64,000 bases of DNA from Candidatus Zambryskiibacteriota bacterium. Lineage in GTDB: Bacteria > Patescibacteriota > Minisyncoccia > Phycocordibacterales > WO2-35-19. The stretch covers positions 58,747-122,746 of the forward strand of contig JASNZL010000001.1 in NCBI GenBank assembly GCA_048499675.1, read 5' to 3'. Made by a program: the position numbers and the translations under genes. A model generated the notes under the pieces. It did not search any database. It saw only the letters and a program-made list of their open reading frames with translations, and was not told the DNA's origin. Each line of letters opens with the position of its first letter. Within the stretch, counting starts at the first letter, position 1. Below, piece after piece: positions 1-12,800 of this stretch.

Positions 1-483
1 CTTTTCTAAAATTCTGCAAATTTACCGCTTTTATATAATTAATGGTTTTGTATTCAGGGAGTTCTCTCATATACGGATAAGTAATTAGTTTTGTCCCCTC
101 ACTGTAATATTCCTTTGGTAAAGATTCCCATTCTTCTGTCAAAATATAAAAAGTAGGTTTTTCAAAATCATACTCTATACCACCAATCGTATTACCCCCA
201 GTCAAAATCATTCTTATATTTGCTCTTTTGTTGCCATGATTTTTTTCTAAAAGTTCCTCTATTTTTTTCTTTGCACCATCTTCTGTAATAGGAACATTAA
301 GATTCAAAATATGTGCTCCCGAAAGAAATCTTGCCCAATGGTCAGCAAATCTAAAAGGTTTGCCATTGATCCCAGGTATTCCATCATATATTCCATATCC
401 ACGTAAAAGTCCAATATCCAAAACGGACACCCTGGCTTCTTCGATTGAGACTATCTCTCCATTTAAAAAACAATATTTATGCA
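1..483 (-). CDS. Class IV PLP aminotransferase (branched-chain amino acid / D-amino acid aminotransferase family). The C-terminal part extends beyond the window start.
   Basis: Minus-strand translation from the ATG at ~483 gives MHKYCFLNGEIVSIEEARVSVLDIGLLRGYGIYDG..., typical of the BCAT/DAAT fold-type IV N-terminus. No stop codon before position 1. Confidence 0.55.
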
Positions 484-535
484 TAATTTAATAATATATA
501 AAAACAAAACTCCAGCAACTGGTAAGCGCCGAAGT

Positions 536-1120
536 TTATTTTTCACTTTCCGGAAATATGGCCATTCTCCTCCAATACTGGAGAAAGACCGGAATTGAAA
601 CAAACAGGTTGGAGACTTCCTCTCTCCTTAAACCTGCTGGGTCATGATAAAAGAATCCTTCTAGGTTGCCCTCGACTGACTCCCTTATTCCGACCAAAAG
701 AACCATATGGAACATCCTACGATCAAGGCAAATGTTCTGTATAGAAACAATCACAGGGTTACCTTTTTTGATGTGTTTCTGTATCTCAAAAACATCCCCT
801 TCACTCATCTTCTCCCTTCTTTTGCAAGGGATGTTGTTTTCATTAAAAATCTGAACTAGGTAATCGTGTACCCAGCCAGAATTTCCATAACCACCCTCTT
901 GTACTCCTTTTTCTACAAAACTACCCAGACTACCGTTTTTGTGGCCATAGTATTTGAGTGCCATATAAACACTTGTCATACCACATGCCCTCAACCCAAG
1001 GACCGAATTCTCAACATCAAGATACTGAGAAAAATACGGAACTGGAAGAATGGTGTCCAAAAATACAACCTCCTTTTCCTTTCTGCTGTTATTTTTATCA
1101 GAATTCATAACAATTATCAA
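536..1120 (-). CDS. Papain-like cysteine peptidase domain protein (Peptidase_C39-like).
   Basis: 194-aa ORF. The RACGMTSVYMALKYYG motif resembles the active-site Cys region of C39-like peptidases, with a downstream His. Confidence 0.35.
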   Translation of the reverse strand: MIIVMNSDKNNSRKEKEVVFLDTILPVPYFSQYLDVENSVLGLRACGMTSVYMALKYYGHKNGSLGSFVEKGVQEGGYGNSGWVHDYLVQIFNENNIPCKRREKMSEGDVFEIQKHIKKGNPVIVSIQNICLDRRMFHMVLLVGIRESVEGNLEGFFYHDPAGLRREEVSNLFVSIPVFLQYWRRMAIFPESEK

Positions 1121-1176
1121 ATTTTACTCTACATATCACATATGAGATATAATACAAAAGCCTCTTGGTATTATAT

Positions 1177-2688
1177 TTATGTGATTTTTGATACCTTAGC
1201 TCCAATACTATTTAATCTGTTTGCCACATCTTCATAACCTCTCGCTATAGAATAAACATTTCTAAGTATAGAAACTCCAGGTGAAGCAAGCATAGCAATC
1301 AAAATAATCATTGCAGGCCTTAGAGCTGGCGGACAAACAACTTGCGAAGCTCGCAGATTTGTGGGTCCCGTCACAAAAACTCTATGAGGGTCAGCGAGGA
1401 CGACATTGGCTCCAAGTCGGTTAAGCTCAGTAAAATAGATAGCTCTATTTTCCCACATCCAATCATGAATCAGAGTCGTCCCATCTGCTACTGTTGCAAT
1501 CGGCACAAAGAAAGGTAGGTTGTCTGAATTTATGGCTGGATACGGTCCTGCATGAATCTTATCTTTCAAGGCTTTTAGTTTTGAAGGATAGACCGTTATA
1601 TCTACAAGTTTTGTTTTTTGATTGTAAGACAAATACTCTTCACTAAATTTAAATTTAAGTCCCATTGCTTTTAACTTCATCATTTCCAGAGCTAAGTAAT
1701 CTATTGGACACCTTTCTATCTTGAGTTCGGACTTTGTCACCACTCCCGCACTTATAAACATCATTGATTCTATAGGGTCCTCGCTGTTGTGATATTCAAT
1801 ATCTTTTTTAATAATAGGAAGTCCCGTAACCTCTAGATTATGCGTACCAATTCCATCTATTTTTACACCAAGTCCTTCTAGGAAATATGAGACTTCTCTA
1901 ACCTGATAATTAGGTGGGGCAAACAAAATTTTGGTTTTTGTAGTAAAAAGAGAAGCACATATAAGAGCGTTTATTGCCCCTGTATCGCTCTGCTCATACA
2001 TCACAATTTCATTTGCTGGTTTAAGTTTTGTTGTAATTTGATATCTGTCGTTTAACGATTTTATATTTATACCAAAAGCTTCAAAAACATGTCGGTGAGC
2101 ACCAATTGTCCTTTCTCCCATTTTGCATCCTCCAGAATGGAGCATATTAAAGTTGCCCAAGTGTTTTGCAAGAGCCGGAATAAGCATCAGACTCGATCGC
2201 ATATTTGCAACCGAAGGGTGTGAGAGGCCCTCTTTATTTATTTTCTCCGGCACAACAATTTCCAAAGTCTGCTCTTTGAGCCATCTAGTTTTTACGCCTA
2301 TCTCTGCAAAAATTTCAAGCATTCTATTTACCTCTTCTATGCGAGGAATTCCATTTAATACAGTTTTGCCTTTGTTTATAAGCGAAGCACACAAGAGACC
2401 CATCGCACCATTTTTTGAAGGATTGGTTTTAATTTTACCATGCAACTTTTTGCCTCCTTCTATCTTGAAATCGTAAGAGTCAGATAGAGTAACTATTTTG
2501 TGATCAAGAGCATCTCCAATTCTCAGTAATTCTCCAGATGAGAGATTCTGTCCCCCTCGTTCCATTCTTGCTATAGCACTCTGTGAAGTGTTGAGTCTTT
2601 TAGCAAGTTCCCCCTGAGTAAGCGATCTTTTTTCTCTTAATTTTTTTATAAAAGCCCCTATCGCCTTTTGATTGTCCACATTTTTCAT
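1177..2688 (-). CDS. murA: UDP-N-acetylglucosamine 1-carboxyvinyltransferase (MurA) with an N-terminal XRE-type HTH domain.
   Basis: N-terminus LTQGELAKRLNTSQSAIARMERG is an HTH_XRE motif. The remainder matches MurA: GKIKTNPSKNGAMGLLCASL, catalytic loop GGCKMGERTIGAHRH, C-terminus ILIAMLASPGVSILRNV. Confidence 0.8.
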   Translation of the reverse strand: MKNVDNQKAIGAFIKKLREKRSLTQGELAKRLNTSQSAIARMERGGQNLSSGELLRIGDALDHKIVTLSDSYDFKIEGGKKLHGKIKTNPSKNGAMGLLCASLINKGKTVLNGIPRIEEVNRMLEIFAEIGVKTRWLKEQTLEIVVPEKINKEGLSHPSVANMRSSLMLIPALAKHLGNFNMLHSGGCKMGERTIGAHRHVFEAFGINIKSLNDRYQITTKLKPANEIVMYEQSDTGAINALICASLFTTKTKILFAPPNYQVREVSYFLEGLGVKIDGIGTHNLEVTGLPIIKKDIEYHNSEDPIESMMFISAGVVTKSELKIERCPIDYLALEMMKLKAMGLKFKFSEEYLSYNQKTKLVDITVYPSKLKALKDKIHAGPYPAINSDNLPFFVPIATVADGTTLIHDWMWENRAIYFTELNRLGANVVLADPHRVFVTGPTNLRASQVVCPPALRPAMIILIAMLASPGVSILRNVYSIARGYEDVANRLNSIGAKVSKIT

Positions 2689-2725
2689 ATGATTTTATTA
2701 TATCATATATGATATAATATATATT

Positions 2726-3724
2726 ATGACTGTGGATAACAACGCTACAATTACAAATTCTCTTGGAGTGCCGTCTATCGCTTTGTATAAAGTTACTTTA
2801 AACTCCCCAGACGAAATACTAGAAGCAATAAAATTTGCAAAAGACAAAAACCTAAACATAATTCCTCTCGGATGTGGTACAAACATACTTCCAGAGAAAC
2901 GCCTAGATGCCGTAGTTCTATATATAGAAAACAAAAACATACAAGTATCTGGTGATGATTTAATTGTAGAATCAGGACTAGCTTGGGACAATGTTGTAGA
3001 ATTTGCTGTCTTAAATAATCTCTCTGGCATAGAAGCTCTGTCTTGGATACCTGGCAATGCTGGCTCCGCTCCTATTCAAAACATAGGTGCATACGGTGCG
3101 GAAATCGCAAATGTTATAAAAAGTGTAAATGTATACAATAGAGATAAAAATACTTTTGAAATATTAGACAAAGAAGAATGTGATTTTACATACAGAAACA
3201 GTATATTCAAACAAAACCCAAACAAATACATAGTCACAGGACTTGTTATTTCTTTAAGTAGAAATATACCCCAAATACCTCAATACAAAGATGTGCTAGA
3301 TTATTTTAAAAATAGAAACATAGAAAAACCTTCACTATTAGAAATCAGGAATGCAATTATAAAAATAAGAAAAAGCAAACTCCCCGACTACAATCAGATA
3401 CCAAACGCCGGTTCTTATTTTACAAATCCCATAATAGACAATAATCTATTAGAAAAAATATTGCCCAAATATCCAGATATTCCAAACTACAAATTAGACA
3501 ACGAAACCTATAAAATACCTGCTGGCTGGCTAATAGAAAAATCGGGATTAAAAGGAGAATGGGTAGGAGAATTAAAAACTTATGACAAAAACGCGCTAGT
3601 ACTCACAAATCCCAACAGAGCGGAGGTGTTCAAAGTTTTAGAGTCAGAAGATTTGATTATAAATAAAGTTTTCGATAATTTCGGTATCAAACTAGAACGG
3701 GAACCTGTATTATTAAAACAATGA
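2726..3724 (+). CDS. murB: UDP-N-acetylenolpyruvoylglucosamine reductase (MurB).
   Basis: FAD-binding PCMH-type domain motifs: NIIPLGCGTNIL and IPGNAGSAPIQNIGAYGAEI. Sits in the mur cluster. Confidence 0.8.
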   Translation: MTVDNNATITNSLGVPSIALYKVTLNSPDEILEAIKFAKDKNLNIIPLGCGTNILPEKRLDAVVLYIENKNIQVSGDDLIVESGLAWDNVVEFAVLNNLSGIEALSWIPGNAGSAPIQNIGAYGAEIANVIKSVNVYNRDKNTFEILDKEECDFTYRNSIFKQNPNKYIVTGLVISLSRNIPQIPQYKDVLDYFKNRNIEKPSLLEIRNAIIKIRKSKLPDYNQIPNAGSYFTNPIIDNNLLEKILPKYPDIPNYKLDNETYKIPAGWLIEKSGLKGEWVGELKTYDKNALVLTNPNRAEVFKVLESEDLIINKVFDNFGIKLEREPVLLKQ

Positions 3725-5064
3725 AATACAAAGATTTTTTTAAAAATAAAAAAGTAACACTTATGGGTCTTGGCCTTCTAGGTAGAGGCTTGGGCGACGC
3801 TTCTTTTATTGCACAATACGCTCAAGAGCTTATTATCACAGATTTAAAAACAGAAGAGGATTTAAAACAAAGTTTAAACAAACTAAAAAAGTATAAAAAT
3901 ATAAAATTTACTCTGGGTAAACATTCCGAAAATGATTTTATTAACCGAGATATGATTATAAAAGGCGCTGGAGTTCCTCTTGATTCCCCATTCCTAAAAA
4001 AGGCCGAGCAAAACAGAATACCTGTTTATATGAGTACGGCACTTTTTGCAAAATTCTGGAAAGAAGATTTTAATGGCAAAATAGTAGGTATTACTGGTAC
4101 TAGAGGCAAAACCACAACAACAAGCCTTGTGTATCACATTCTTAAAGAAAGTGGATTTGATTGCTTACTTGGTGGAAACATACAAGGTGTTTCTACTCTT
4201 GCTCTTCTCAACAAAAAACACAAAAAAGGCACTGTTGCAATACTTGAACTTGATTCTTGGCAACTCCAAGGTTTTGATTATCTAAAAATAAGTCCCGATA
4301 TTTCTATTTTTACAAACCTATACAGAGACCATATGAATTATTACAAAAATGATATGAATCTATATTTTAGAGACAAAGCTTCTATATTTTTAAATCAAGG
4401 AAATGAATCTGTATTAATAGCTGGAGAAAATATTTACAAGAAAATTAAAAGTGAATACGGGGAAAAAATAAAATCTAGAATTATAAAAACCAAAACAAAG
4501 GATTTACCAAATAATATCAAACACAAATTGCTTGGCAAACACAATCTAGAAAATCTTATTTGCGCAATTATAACCGCAAGAGAGTTTGGTATAAGTGACC
4601 AAAAAATAAATAGTGCTCTAAAAAACTTTAAAAATGCATCTGGCAGACTAGAGCATATTTTGACTAAGAATGGTGTTGAAATATACAATGACACAACCTC
4701 AACCACTCCCGAGGCCGGACTATCCGCACTTAAATCTTTTGAAAGTAAGAAAGGAAAAATAATTCTTATTTGCGGAGGCAGTGATAAAGGACTTCAAATG
4801 GATAAGTTTATTGCACACGCCAAAAAAATTTGCAAGAAAATAATACTCTTAAACGGCACAGGAACAGACAAAATAAAGAATAAAGTAAAGAACAGTGAAA
4901 TTTTTTCTAATTTAGAAAAAGCTGTAGAGAGTGCTTTAAATTCCTCAAAAAAAGGAGATGTAGTATTATTTAGTCCAGCATTTGCCTCCTTTGGTATGTT
5001 TAAAAACGAATATGACAGAGGTTCTAAATTTAATAAAATTATAACAAAGCTCACTTCCAAATAA
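3721..5064 (+). CDS. murD: UDP-N-acetylmuramoylalanine--D-glutamate ligase (MurD).
   Basis: Mur-ligase P-loop ITGTRGKTTTTSL and a MurD-type N-terminal Rossmann region KVTLMGLGLLGRG. The start overlaps the murB stop. Confidence 0.8.
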   Translation: MKYKDFFKNKKVTLMGLGLLGRGLGDASFIAQYAQELIITDLKTEEDLKQSLNKLKKYKNIKFTLGKHSENDFINRDMIIKGAGVPLDSPFLKKAEQNRIPVYMSTALFAKFWKEDFNGKIVGITGTRGKTTTTSLVYHILKESGFDCLLGGNIQGVSTLALLNKKHKKGTVAILELDSWQLQGFDYLKISPDISIFTNLYRDHMNYYKNDMNLYFRDKASIFLNQGNESVLIAGENIYKKIKSEYGEKIKSRIIKTKTKDLPNNIKHKLLGKHNLENLICAIITAREFGISDQKINSALKNFKNASGRLEHILTKNGVEIYNDTTSTTPEAGLSALKSFESKKGKIILICGGSDKGLQMDKFIAHAKKICKKIILLNGTGTDKIKNKVKNSEIFSNLEKAVESALNSSKKGDVVLFSPAFASFGMFKNEYDRGSKFNKIITKLTSK

Positions 5065-5066
5065 TT

Positions 5067-6362
5067 ATGAGTTTTCTCAATAAACAAAATTATCATTTTA
5101 TAGGGATAGGCGGAATTGGAATTTCAGCTATTGCCAAAATGTTATTACTGGAAGGAAAGACTGTATCCGGATCAGACCTTTCTAATTCCGACATCATAGA
5201 AGATTTGAAAAATTTGGGTGCCGACATAAACCTAGACCAAAACGAGAATAATATAAAAAAAGAAATAGAGGTTGTCATATACACAGTTGCAATAACAGAA
5301 AATAATCCCGAACTAAAAAAAGCAAGGGAATTACAAATCATTTGCAAAACATACCCAGAAGCACTTGGAGAACTTTCTGCTATAAAGAAGACGATAGCAA
5401 TATCAGGAACTCATGGTAAAACAACTACAACAGCGATGATTGCTCACATCATGAATAAACAGAAACTAGATCCGACTGTAATTGTTGGATCAAAAATACT
5501 TGGCGAGAATTCAAATTTTAAAAAAGGCAACAGTGATTATTTAGTTGTTGAGGCTTGTGAGTACAAGAGATCCTTCCTTAATTTAAATCCAAGTATTTTG
5601 GTCATAACAAACATAGAAGAAGACCATTTGGACTACTACAAAAACCTTGATGATATACTCTCTGCATTCAAAGAACTCACAGGGAGAGTTTCTGAAAATG
5701 GTTTTATAATTACGGACCTAAAAAGTGAGAATATAAGAACTGTTTTAAAAGAAGCAGACCTAAAAAATGGAGTCAAAGTGCTTGATTATAATGATATAGA
5801 AATCAAGGATATAATTTCTGTCGAAGGTGAACACAATTTAATGAATGCAAAGTCAGCTATAAAAACACTTGAGAGCCTGTCGGTAGATAGAGAAAAATCC
5901 ATACTGGCCCTCAATGATTTCAGTGGTACTTGGCGCAGAATGGAGTATAAAGGGGAGAAAGATGGTAATTTATATTTTGATGATTACGCACATCACCCAA
6001 CTGCAATAAAACTTACCCTAAAAGCTCTTAAGAACAAATATAAAGACAAGAAAATTGTTTGTGTATTTGAACCACATCAACAAAGCAGAACAAGAGAATT
6101 TTTTGATGATTTTGTTGAGGCAGTTGGAACAGCGGATTTTACTTTTATTGCTCCAATATTTATAACAAGAGAAATTGACGATTTGGTTACAACAAATATC
6201 AAGTTAAGTAATGCAATAAATAACAATGGGAACGTTGCCTTTCCAGTAAACAACGTTTCAGAACTCAAAAAATATATAGAGAAAATTAGCAACAATAATC
6301 TATGTGTCGTACTTATGGGCGCGGGCGATATTTATAAGTGGACACCAAATTTGCTAGAATAG
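5067..6362 (+). CDS. murC: UDP-N-acetylmuramate--L-alanine ligase (MurC).
   Basis: FIGIGGIGISAIAKMLLLEGKTVSGSD is the MurC N-terminus. P-loop ISGTHGKTTTTAMIAH. Confidence 0.8.
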   Translation: MSFLNKQNYHFIGIGGIGISAIAKMLLLEGKTVSGSDLSNSDIIEDLKNLGADINLDQNENNIKKEIEVVIYTVAITENNPELKKARELQIICKTYPEALGELSAIKKTIAISGTHGKTTTTAMIAHIMNKQKLDPTVIVGSKILGENSNFKKGNSDYLVVEACEYKRSFLNLNPSILVITNIEEDHLDYYKNLDDILSAFKELTGRVSENGFIITDLKSENIRTVLKEADLKNGVKVLDYNDIEIKDIISVEGEHNLMNAKSAIKTLESLSVDREKSILALNDFSGTWRRMEYKGEKDGNLYFDDYAHHPTAIKLTLKALKNKYKDKKIVCVFEPHQQSRTREFFDDFVEAVGTADFTFIAPIFITREIDDLVTTNIKLSNAINNNGNVAFPVNNVSELKKYIEKISNNNLCVVLMGAGDIYKWTPNLLE

Positions 6363-6369
6363 AAGATAT

Positions 6370-6840
6370 ATGAAAAAAGAAGCACGAGTACAAAAAATAG
6401 AACCAATGTTGTTTGAAACATATATCGCTAGTATAAAAAATAGTGTTGGTTCAAAAATGTTTAGACAGATATATGCAAAAATAAACAGTAAGAAAATAGA
6501 TATAACAGAAAACGGTAATCTTTCTTGTGCATACTATGTTTCTTCCCTACTTTTGATTTTTAAACTCGTAAGCGAGGTACATGCAACAGTTTCGGGCACA
6601 GTAAGAGATCTAAAAGAGTCGGGCTGGATAGAAATAGCTAAGCCAAAAATTGGTTCTATTTTGGTATGGTCTAAAAAAGATTTCGGTAAAGGAGATTTAC
6701 ATAGCCATATTGGATTCTATATTGGTAAAGATGAGGCTATAAGCAACAGTTATAAAAAAAGAATTATAGAAAAACATCACTATACTTACAAAAACACAAG
6801 AAAAATAGAGATGATTTTTTGGAACAAAAAACTATCTTAA
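6370..6840 (+). CDS. Small papain-fold (CHAP / NlpC-P60-like) domain protein, a putative cell-wall amidase.
   Basis: 156 aa. Candidate catalytic Cys (NLSCAYYVSS) and His (GDLHSHIGFYIG) lie ~70 aa apart. Located directly downstream of murC. Confidence 0.3.
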   Translation: MKKEARVQKIEPMLFETYIASIKNSVGSKMFRQIYAKINSKKIDITENGNLSCAYYVSSLLLIFKLVSEVHATVSGTVRDLKESGWIEIAKPKIGSILVWSKKDFGKGDLHSHIGFYIGKDEAISNSYKKRIIEKHHYTYKNTRKIEMIFWNKKLS

Positions 6841-9800
6841 GGAATTTCAATAGTGCCATCAATAATTCCATTCTCTCCAACATATATATTTTTATTTTTT
6901 ATATTTTGTATTGAATTACCTTCAATTTTTTTGATTTTTACTACATAATTTCCTTCAGGAACTTTAATATAAAATCTACCAAATCTATCTGTTAGAGATT
7001 TGCCAACTAGCATTCCTTCATTACTTATTGGATACACTTCCACATAAAGACCAACAGCAGATTTTCCTTTTGATACAACCTTACAACCCGCAAAAATTGA
7101 AGGTACATATTTTTTCAGTACAGCAAGTGCTATATAAAAAACTAAAAGAGTTCCACTTAAAATATTTATACTAAATATAAAGAATATGAAAGTAGAGACA
7201 AATCCAGTCCAGAATAATATTTCCAAAATACCTCTTAAATACTTCAGATGAGTTGAACTTTTATTTACCAAAACACCTTCTTCTAAGTAGTAATTATTTA
7301 GTAGTGGTATTTTAATCAATGTATTGTTATTTATTTGGTTTGGGTTAAATACACTACCGTTATAATAGTATTCATTTTCTTCGTGACTTATACTGTTATA
7401 ATTTTGTTCTATAGTATAACCTTTTTTATTTACTTCTATACAGACATCTTTGTTGTATTTTTCAAAACTAAATTCACCTTTACTGTTAGTAATTTCATAA
7501 GATAATGCTTTGCTGGTGCTTGCATCCACAATTTTTATCATTACAAAAGCAACTGGTTTTGTATTTATGGTATCAAATACCAAACCATAAATTTTTACCT
7601 TCTTTCTTACAACAAAAAATCTTATAAATGATTGTATTAATCCAATTATCCCAAACAAGAAATCCTTAATACTTTTAATTCTTCCAAGGCCAGAGAACAA
7701 TGATAAAGAATACTGCAAACTCAGAATAATCGGTGCTAATCCAAATATACTCACAGCAAATAGTTTGGATTTTTGATTATAAAAATCCATTAAATTTTGC
7801 TTAAGTGAGGCAAATTTGGAAACAAAATTTTCAAAGTCTACAACTAAAATTATCCTCTTCACTCCCTCTATAAGATCAACTATTTTTCCTCCAACATTAT
7901 TAATATTTTGAGTTATGGAGTCTGTTAAATCAGTTATAATTTCAGTATTAATGGGTGGGATTACAACTTTTGGCGACTCATCTTTCAAAACAGGTTTTTC
8001 ATCAGTTACATCTGGGTGATCGATTTTATCTTCAGGAGATGCAATTTCTGTTATGTTAGTAATATCGTCTTCTACGGGAACAGTATCAGAACCCGAGGTT
8101 TCTTCTTCGACAATAGTGCATCCCAAATTATATGGCCTAAATATTAGTTGATCCTCAGGTGTCATTACAAAATAAAAATGCGATTCAGTGGTATGCCTTT
8201 CTGCAAAGTAAATTTCAAACAAATGCTCACTACTTAAATATACTGTTCCATACATAGATCTTGGAGCATGTATTCCTGAATTATCTGTAATAAGTTTTCC
8301 ATCAATATAAAACCAAGAATCATCATCAGAAGTTATTCTGAATGAATAAAGCCCAGGTTTGAGTACTTCTACTTTTGATTTCCAAACTGCCCCAAAGTAA
8401 TACGCCTTGCCTGAAATGAGTTTTTCAGGAATGTAATTAAACGGGAAAAATGCAGAGCCAAATTTAAGATTTGGACTTGTTTTTGCAAACCTAAAATACT
8501 TATCATCATACCAGTCACCTTGCCAAGCAGATTTACTTGATAGAGGATCACCAAATATATTTTTCCACACACTATCCCATAATTTTGGTGCTACCTGCAC
8601 GTTAGGATGATTCTTTGGGTAATCATAATATTTACCAAACCAACCAAAACTATTTGTTGATACTTCACAATGATCTTCAACTGTCCAACTTTCTAACTCC
8701 TTATTTTGCAAAGCATTACTATGGTTCCAGACAGGGTCAGTTTGTGCCACAAGATCAATGTTGTATAAGGCGCACGATGGATTATTTGGGTTTGCTACGC
8801 AAAACTCGTGGTCTTGATTTCTGTATGCGCCACTACCACTTTGACTAGACCCAGAAATACCCGATTCATTATTAGTCTCTATCGGACACGTATTTGTTTT
8901 GAAAGCTACAGAAGAAGAATACAGGGTCAACACCCCTAAACCATTTCTTGCTCTAGCGCTCAGTTCATAATCAGTATCACAAGCAAGATTCAAAATATTT
9001 GCACTTGTGGTACCAAACCAACCAAAACTTTGATTGGATAATGAGTCGTATATCTCATAATCTGTCAAACTTGGGTTATTGTTAGCATTCCAAAACAACG
9101 AGACTGAATTTTGAGTAACTGTTTCTAGGGTTAATCCAGTTGGAACATTTGCTTCTGTATAAGTTGATACAAATGGAGTTATACCACTATCCCCGTTTGT
9201 ATTAGTCACTGTAGTATAAAAATCATATTTAGTATTGGGTGTAAGGTTAGAACTTGTCCACGTTGCACTATTTGTATTTCCACTATTAGTAGAATTTGTA
9301 ATATTTTGGAAATTATACGGACTAACAGCTAATCCATACTGGGAGTCAGATGAACCAGAAATTGATACTGTTATGGTGCTAGTTCCAACCTCATCTATAG
9401 ATAAATTCCCAGGATTTAAAGAATCTAAAACTTGGTAGTATATAGAATCAGAAACAATACCAGAACTACTTGCGTTGTTATAGAAAATTGCATAAACATT
9501 ATATGTTCCATTTACACAAGGATCTATTCCATCACAAATGTCCCAATTTTTAGTTGTGTTATATGGCTCCAAAACTGATCCAGAAAAATCTGAAAAATTG
9601 GAAATTCTCATGTGAGTAGTTCCTGTTTGTCCAGTTAATTGGAGTGTCACATTACGAGTTGAAACTAATGATTCGTTCTGATTTATTAATAATGCAAAAC
9701 CTTCTGTTACTGCGCCTTCCCAAGGATCTTCTGGCCCTGATCCAGATTCTGAACCATCCCCTGATACATAAACGCTCTCCGCTAATGTTATATCTGTATA

Positions 9801-12800
9801 ATTGTTAGCCTTATCAAATACTCTTATCTTGAAATTATATGTTCCTTCTGAAAGACCATAATTAGTCCACGTTGTATTATTGATGTTTCCAGAGTTTGAA
9901 TAATTGGTTGTATTTTGGAAATTGTATGGATTTGTAGCAAGTCCAGAATCCAAATCATCACCACCAGAAAAGGTTAAAGTCACAGAACTTGTGGTGGTAC
10001 TCAAAACACTTAGTGTACCTGGAATAGGTGCAATAGTATCTAGTTTGAAAGCAATATTTCCACTATTTGCACTTACCCAAGCAGATTCTTCTAAACTTGG
10101 ATCAATACTTTTAACCCTCCAATAATACCCATCTCCACTATCAACCAATGATTGACCTGCGCTACCCATAATGTAATTTCCAGAACCTTCAGTTTGACCT
10201 ACAGTAAAAGTCCTAATTCCCTGAGAACCTGAAGCAGATGTGTAATCAACTACTAAGTCAGTAAACAATGAATCTGTGGATACTTGTAATCTGTATACTA
10301 ATAGATCTGAAGCATCTGGATCATCCAATATAAATCTTAGAGTTGGTTTGTTATTATTTACCCAGCCACCACTTTGGTATTCTGAAAAACCTAAATTATA
10401 AGGATTATTTGGTGCTTGGTTACAAGGAGACGCATCTGGACTGACTGCGCCACTATATGAAGTTTCTATATTTTCAGCATTCCTTGCTTTTACATGAAAT
10501 GAATAAGAAACACCACAAGAAAGACCGCTTATAGTGGTACTTGTAGATGTAATCCATCCTGAATTAAATTCACTAGTTAAATTTTCAACATAATATTCGG
10601 TACCTATAGGATTAGAATTTGCATCCCAACTCACTAATATCTCTGATTGTGATAAAACCTCTGTATTAATATTTGTTGGGATATTTGCTCTAGTATATCT
10701 ACTTGATTCTGGTGTAGTCGACGAATTAAAAGCATTATCTAAAACATCGATTTTATAATTATATAAGGTGTTTGGAGTTAGACCTGTATTACTCCAAGTA
10801 AGACCTGTGGAAGTTGCGATTTGGCCCGTAGTTAGATTGTAATATCTATACAAACCAATACCAGACAAAGAATCACTAGATCCAGCGGTATTCATAGATA
10901 TTGATGTTGGATTAATTGATGTAAAATTTACTGTGCCAGGTATTGGCTCGGTAAGATCTAATTTAAAAGCAATACTTCCAGAATTAGCAAGAGTAAAAGA
11001 TGAGGTTGCACCAACTTCATCAATTGTTTGCACTCTCCAGTAATATGAAGTAGATTCTGAAAGTGTTTGCCCTTCATTTCCTATTGTGTATAAACCAGTA
11101 GATTCGGGTTGACCAACTATAAAATTGTTAGCGCCTTGATTTAACAAACCAGAAGTATAATCAACGACGGGAGACGAATAATTACTATCATTATCTATTT
11201 GTATTCTATACTTTACTTGTTCCAATAAATCTGGATCTGATAATGTAAAATTAAGTGTTGGTGCAGAACTACTTGCCCAACTATTGGTTACATAAATGTT
11301 CGGTCCTAAAGAAGACGGGGAGCTAGGTGCACTATTTTCTTCTCCTGTCGCAAAAGACACATTGTCACCATAAATAATTCCGTCGTTCGTGGAAAGAAAA
11401 GCCCTAACATAATATGTAGTGTTTGGACTCAATCCAGACATCGACTCTGAATAAGGACCAATCTCGTTAATAAAACCACTTTGACTAAAATTTTCATTAG
11501 TGCTTTTAAATTCTATATCAGTGAGCGCTGTATATGTGGACCCATTATTTGCAGATATTAATATTCTATATTTTTCATAAGGCGTCTCGTTTACGAGATT
11601 ATAAGTCCTTGATTCCCTTATAGCCCAACCCGTTTGACTAGTAATAGTTTGTAAATTGATCCAATCTACACCATCCCAAGCTTGAAACTGCCAATCTCTT
11701 GGAGATTCCGTAATTATTTCTGACCCAACTATTACATATCTATTTACGACTACATTATAAGGAAAACCATACTCTAAATCATATGGAGCTCCCGCATTAG
11801 AAAACCACTTTGTTGAAGTACTACTGTCAAAAGCATTGGGAACTAATGCTGAATTTTTCGATCCATATGGTGTTCCAGAAACTATGTTGTCAATCAAGTT
11901 AACATTAGGAAAATTTGGATTATTCCAAGTTGCCCAAACCACCCCATGATTATTAATGGAGTAATATCCAATATTTGTAATTGTAGAATTTGCTGTAGCT
12001 GAAGTTCCAGTATAATTATCAGATATTGAATCTGTTGTAACACTTGGATAAATTGTAGGCAAAACTGTACCATCTGTTCCGTTGTTCAAAACATTTCCAG
12101 TAATTCCTCCACCCGCAGTTCTTGATGGATTGGAAACCGCATTATTTGCATAAATAGCTATTCTACCACCACCACCACCTCTTTTAGCTGCGCTTCCAGC
12201 TCCGTTTGCAGTTATTGAACCAGTTCCCACAAGACCATCTGTTCTTAAATAAACTGAACCCCCTGAACCAGAACCAGGGTTCCAACATAAATCAATTACC
12301 TCTTCTGTGCTACCATTTGAAGAAATACTTCCATTAATAGTAGTAGTACCAGTAATATTCAAAATTATCGCGCCACCACCCCATAAGCCAACCCTATCGT
12401 TTGGAGTACCCCCACTACATGTATAACCTCCTCCTGAACCCAAATCAGTTGGTGCGGTTGAAGACCCATAAGTAGAACCCGGAGTCTCTGGAAGTCCTGC
12501 ACCAAGCGCACCAACACCACCATAGGATGCACCCGAACCAGTTGTTCCGCTATTTGTAGGAGGAGTCCCTGGGCCATTTCCAACAGGATATCCTTTTGCA
12601 TCAACATTAATGCTTCCACCAGAGTTAACAGTTAAATCTCCATTTATTGTCCAATTCAACTTAATTAACGATTCTGTTCCAGTTGTAGCATGAGTGTTGT
12701 AACCATGCGTAAGAATACCATTAACAGTAAGATTGTTATACGACCTCAAGCTTTGATTTAAATTTGAAGCTTCATTAAATATCAATCTAGAAGAAGTCGG

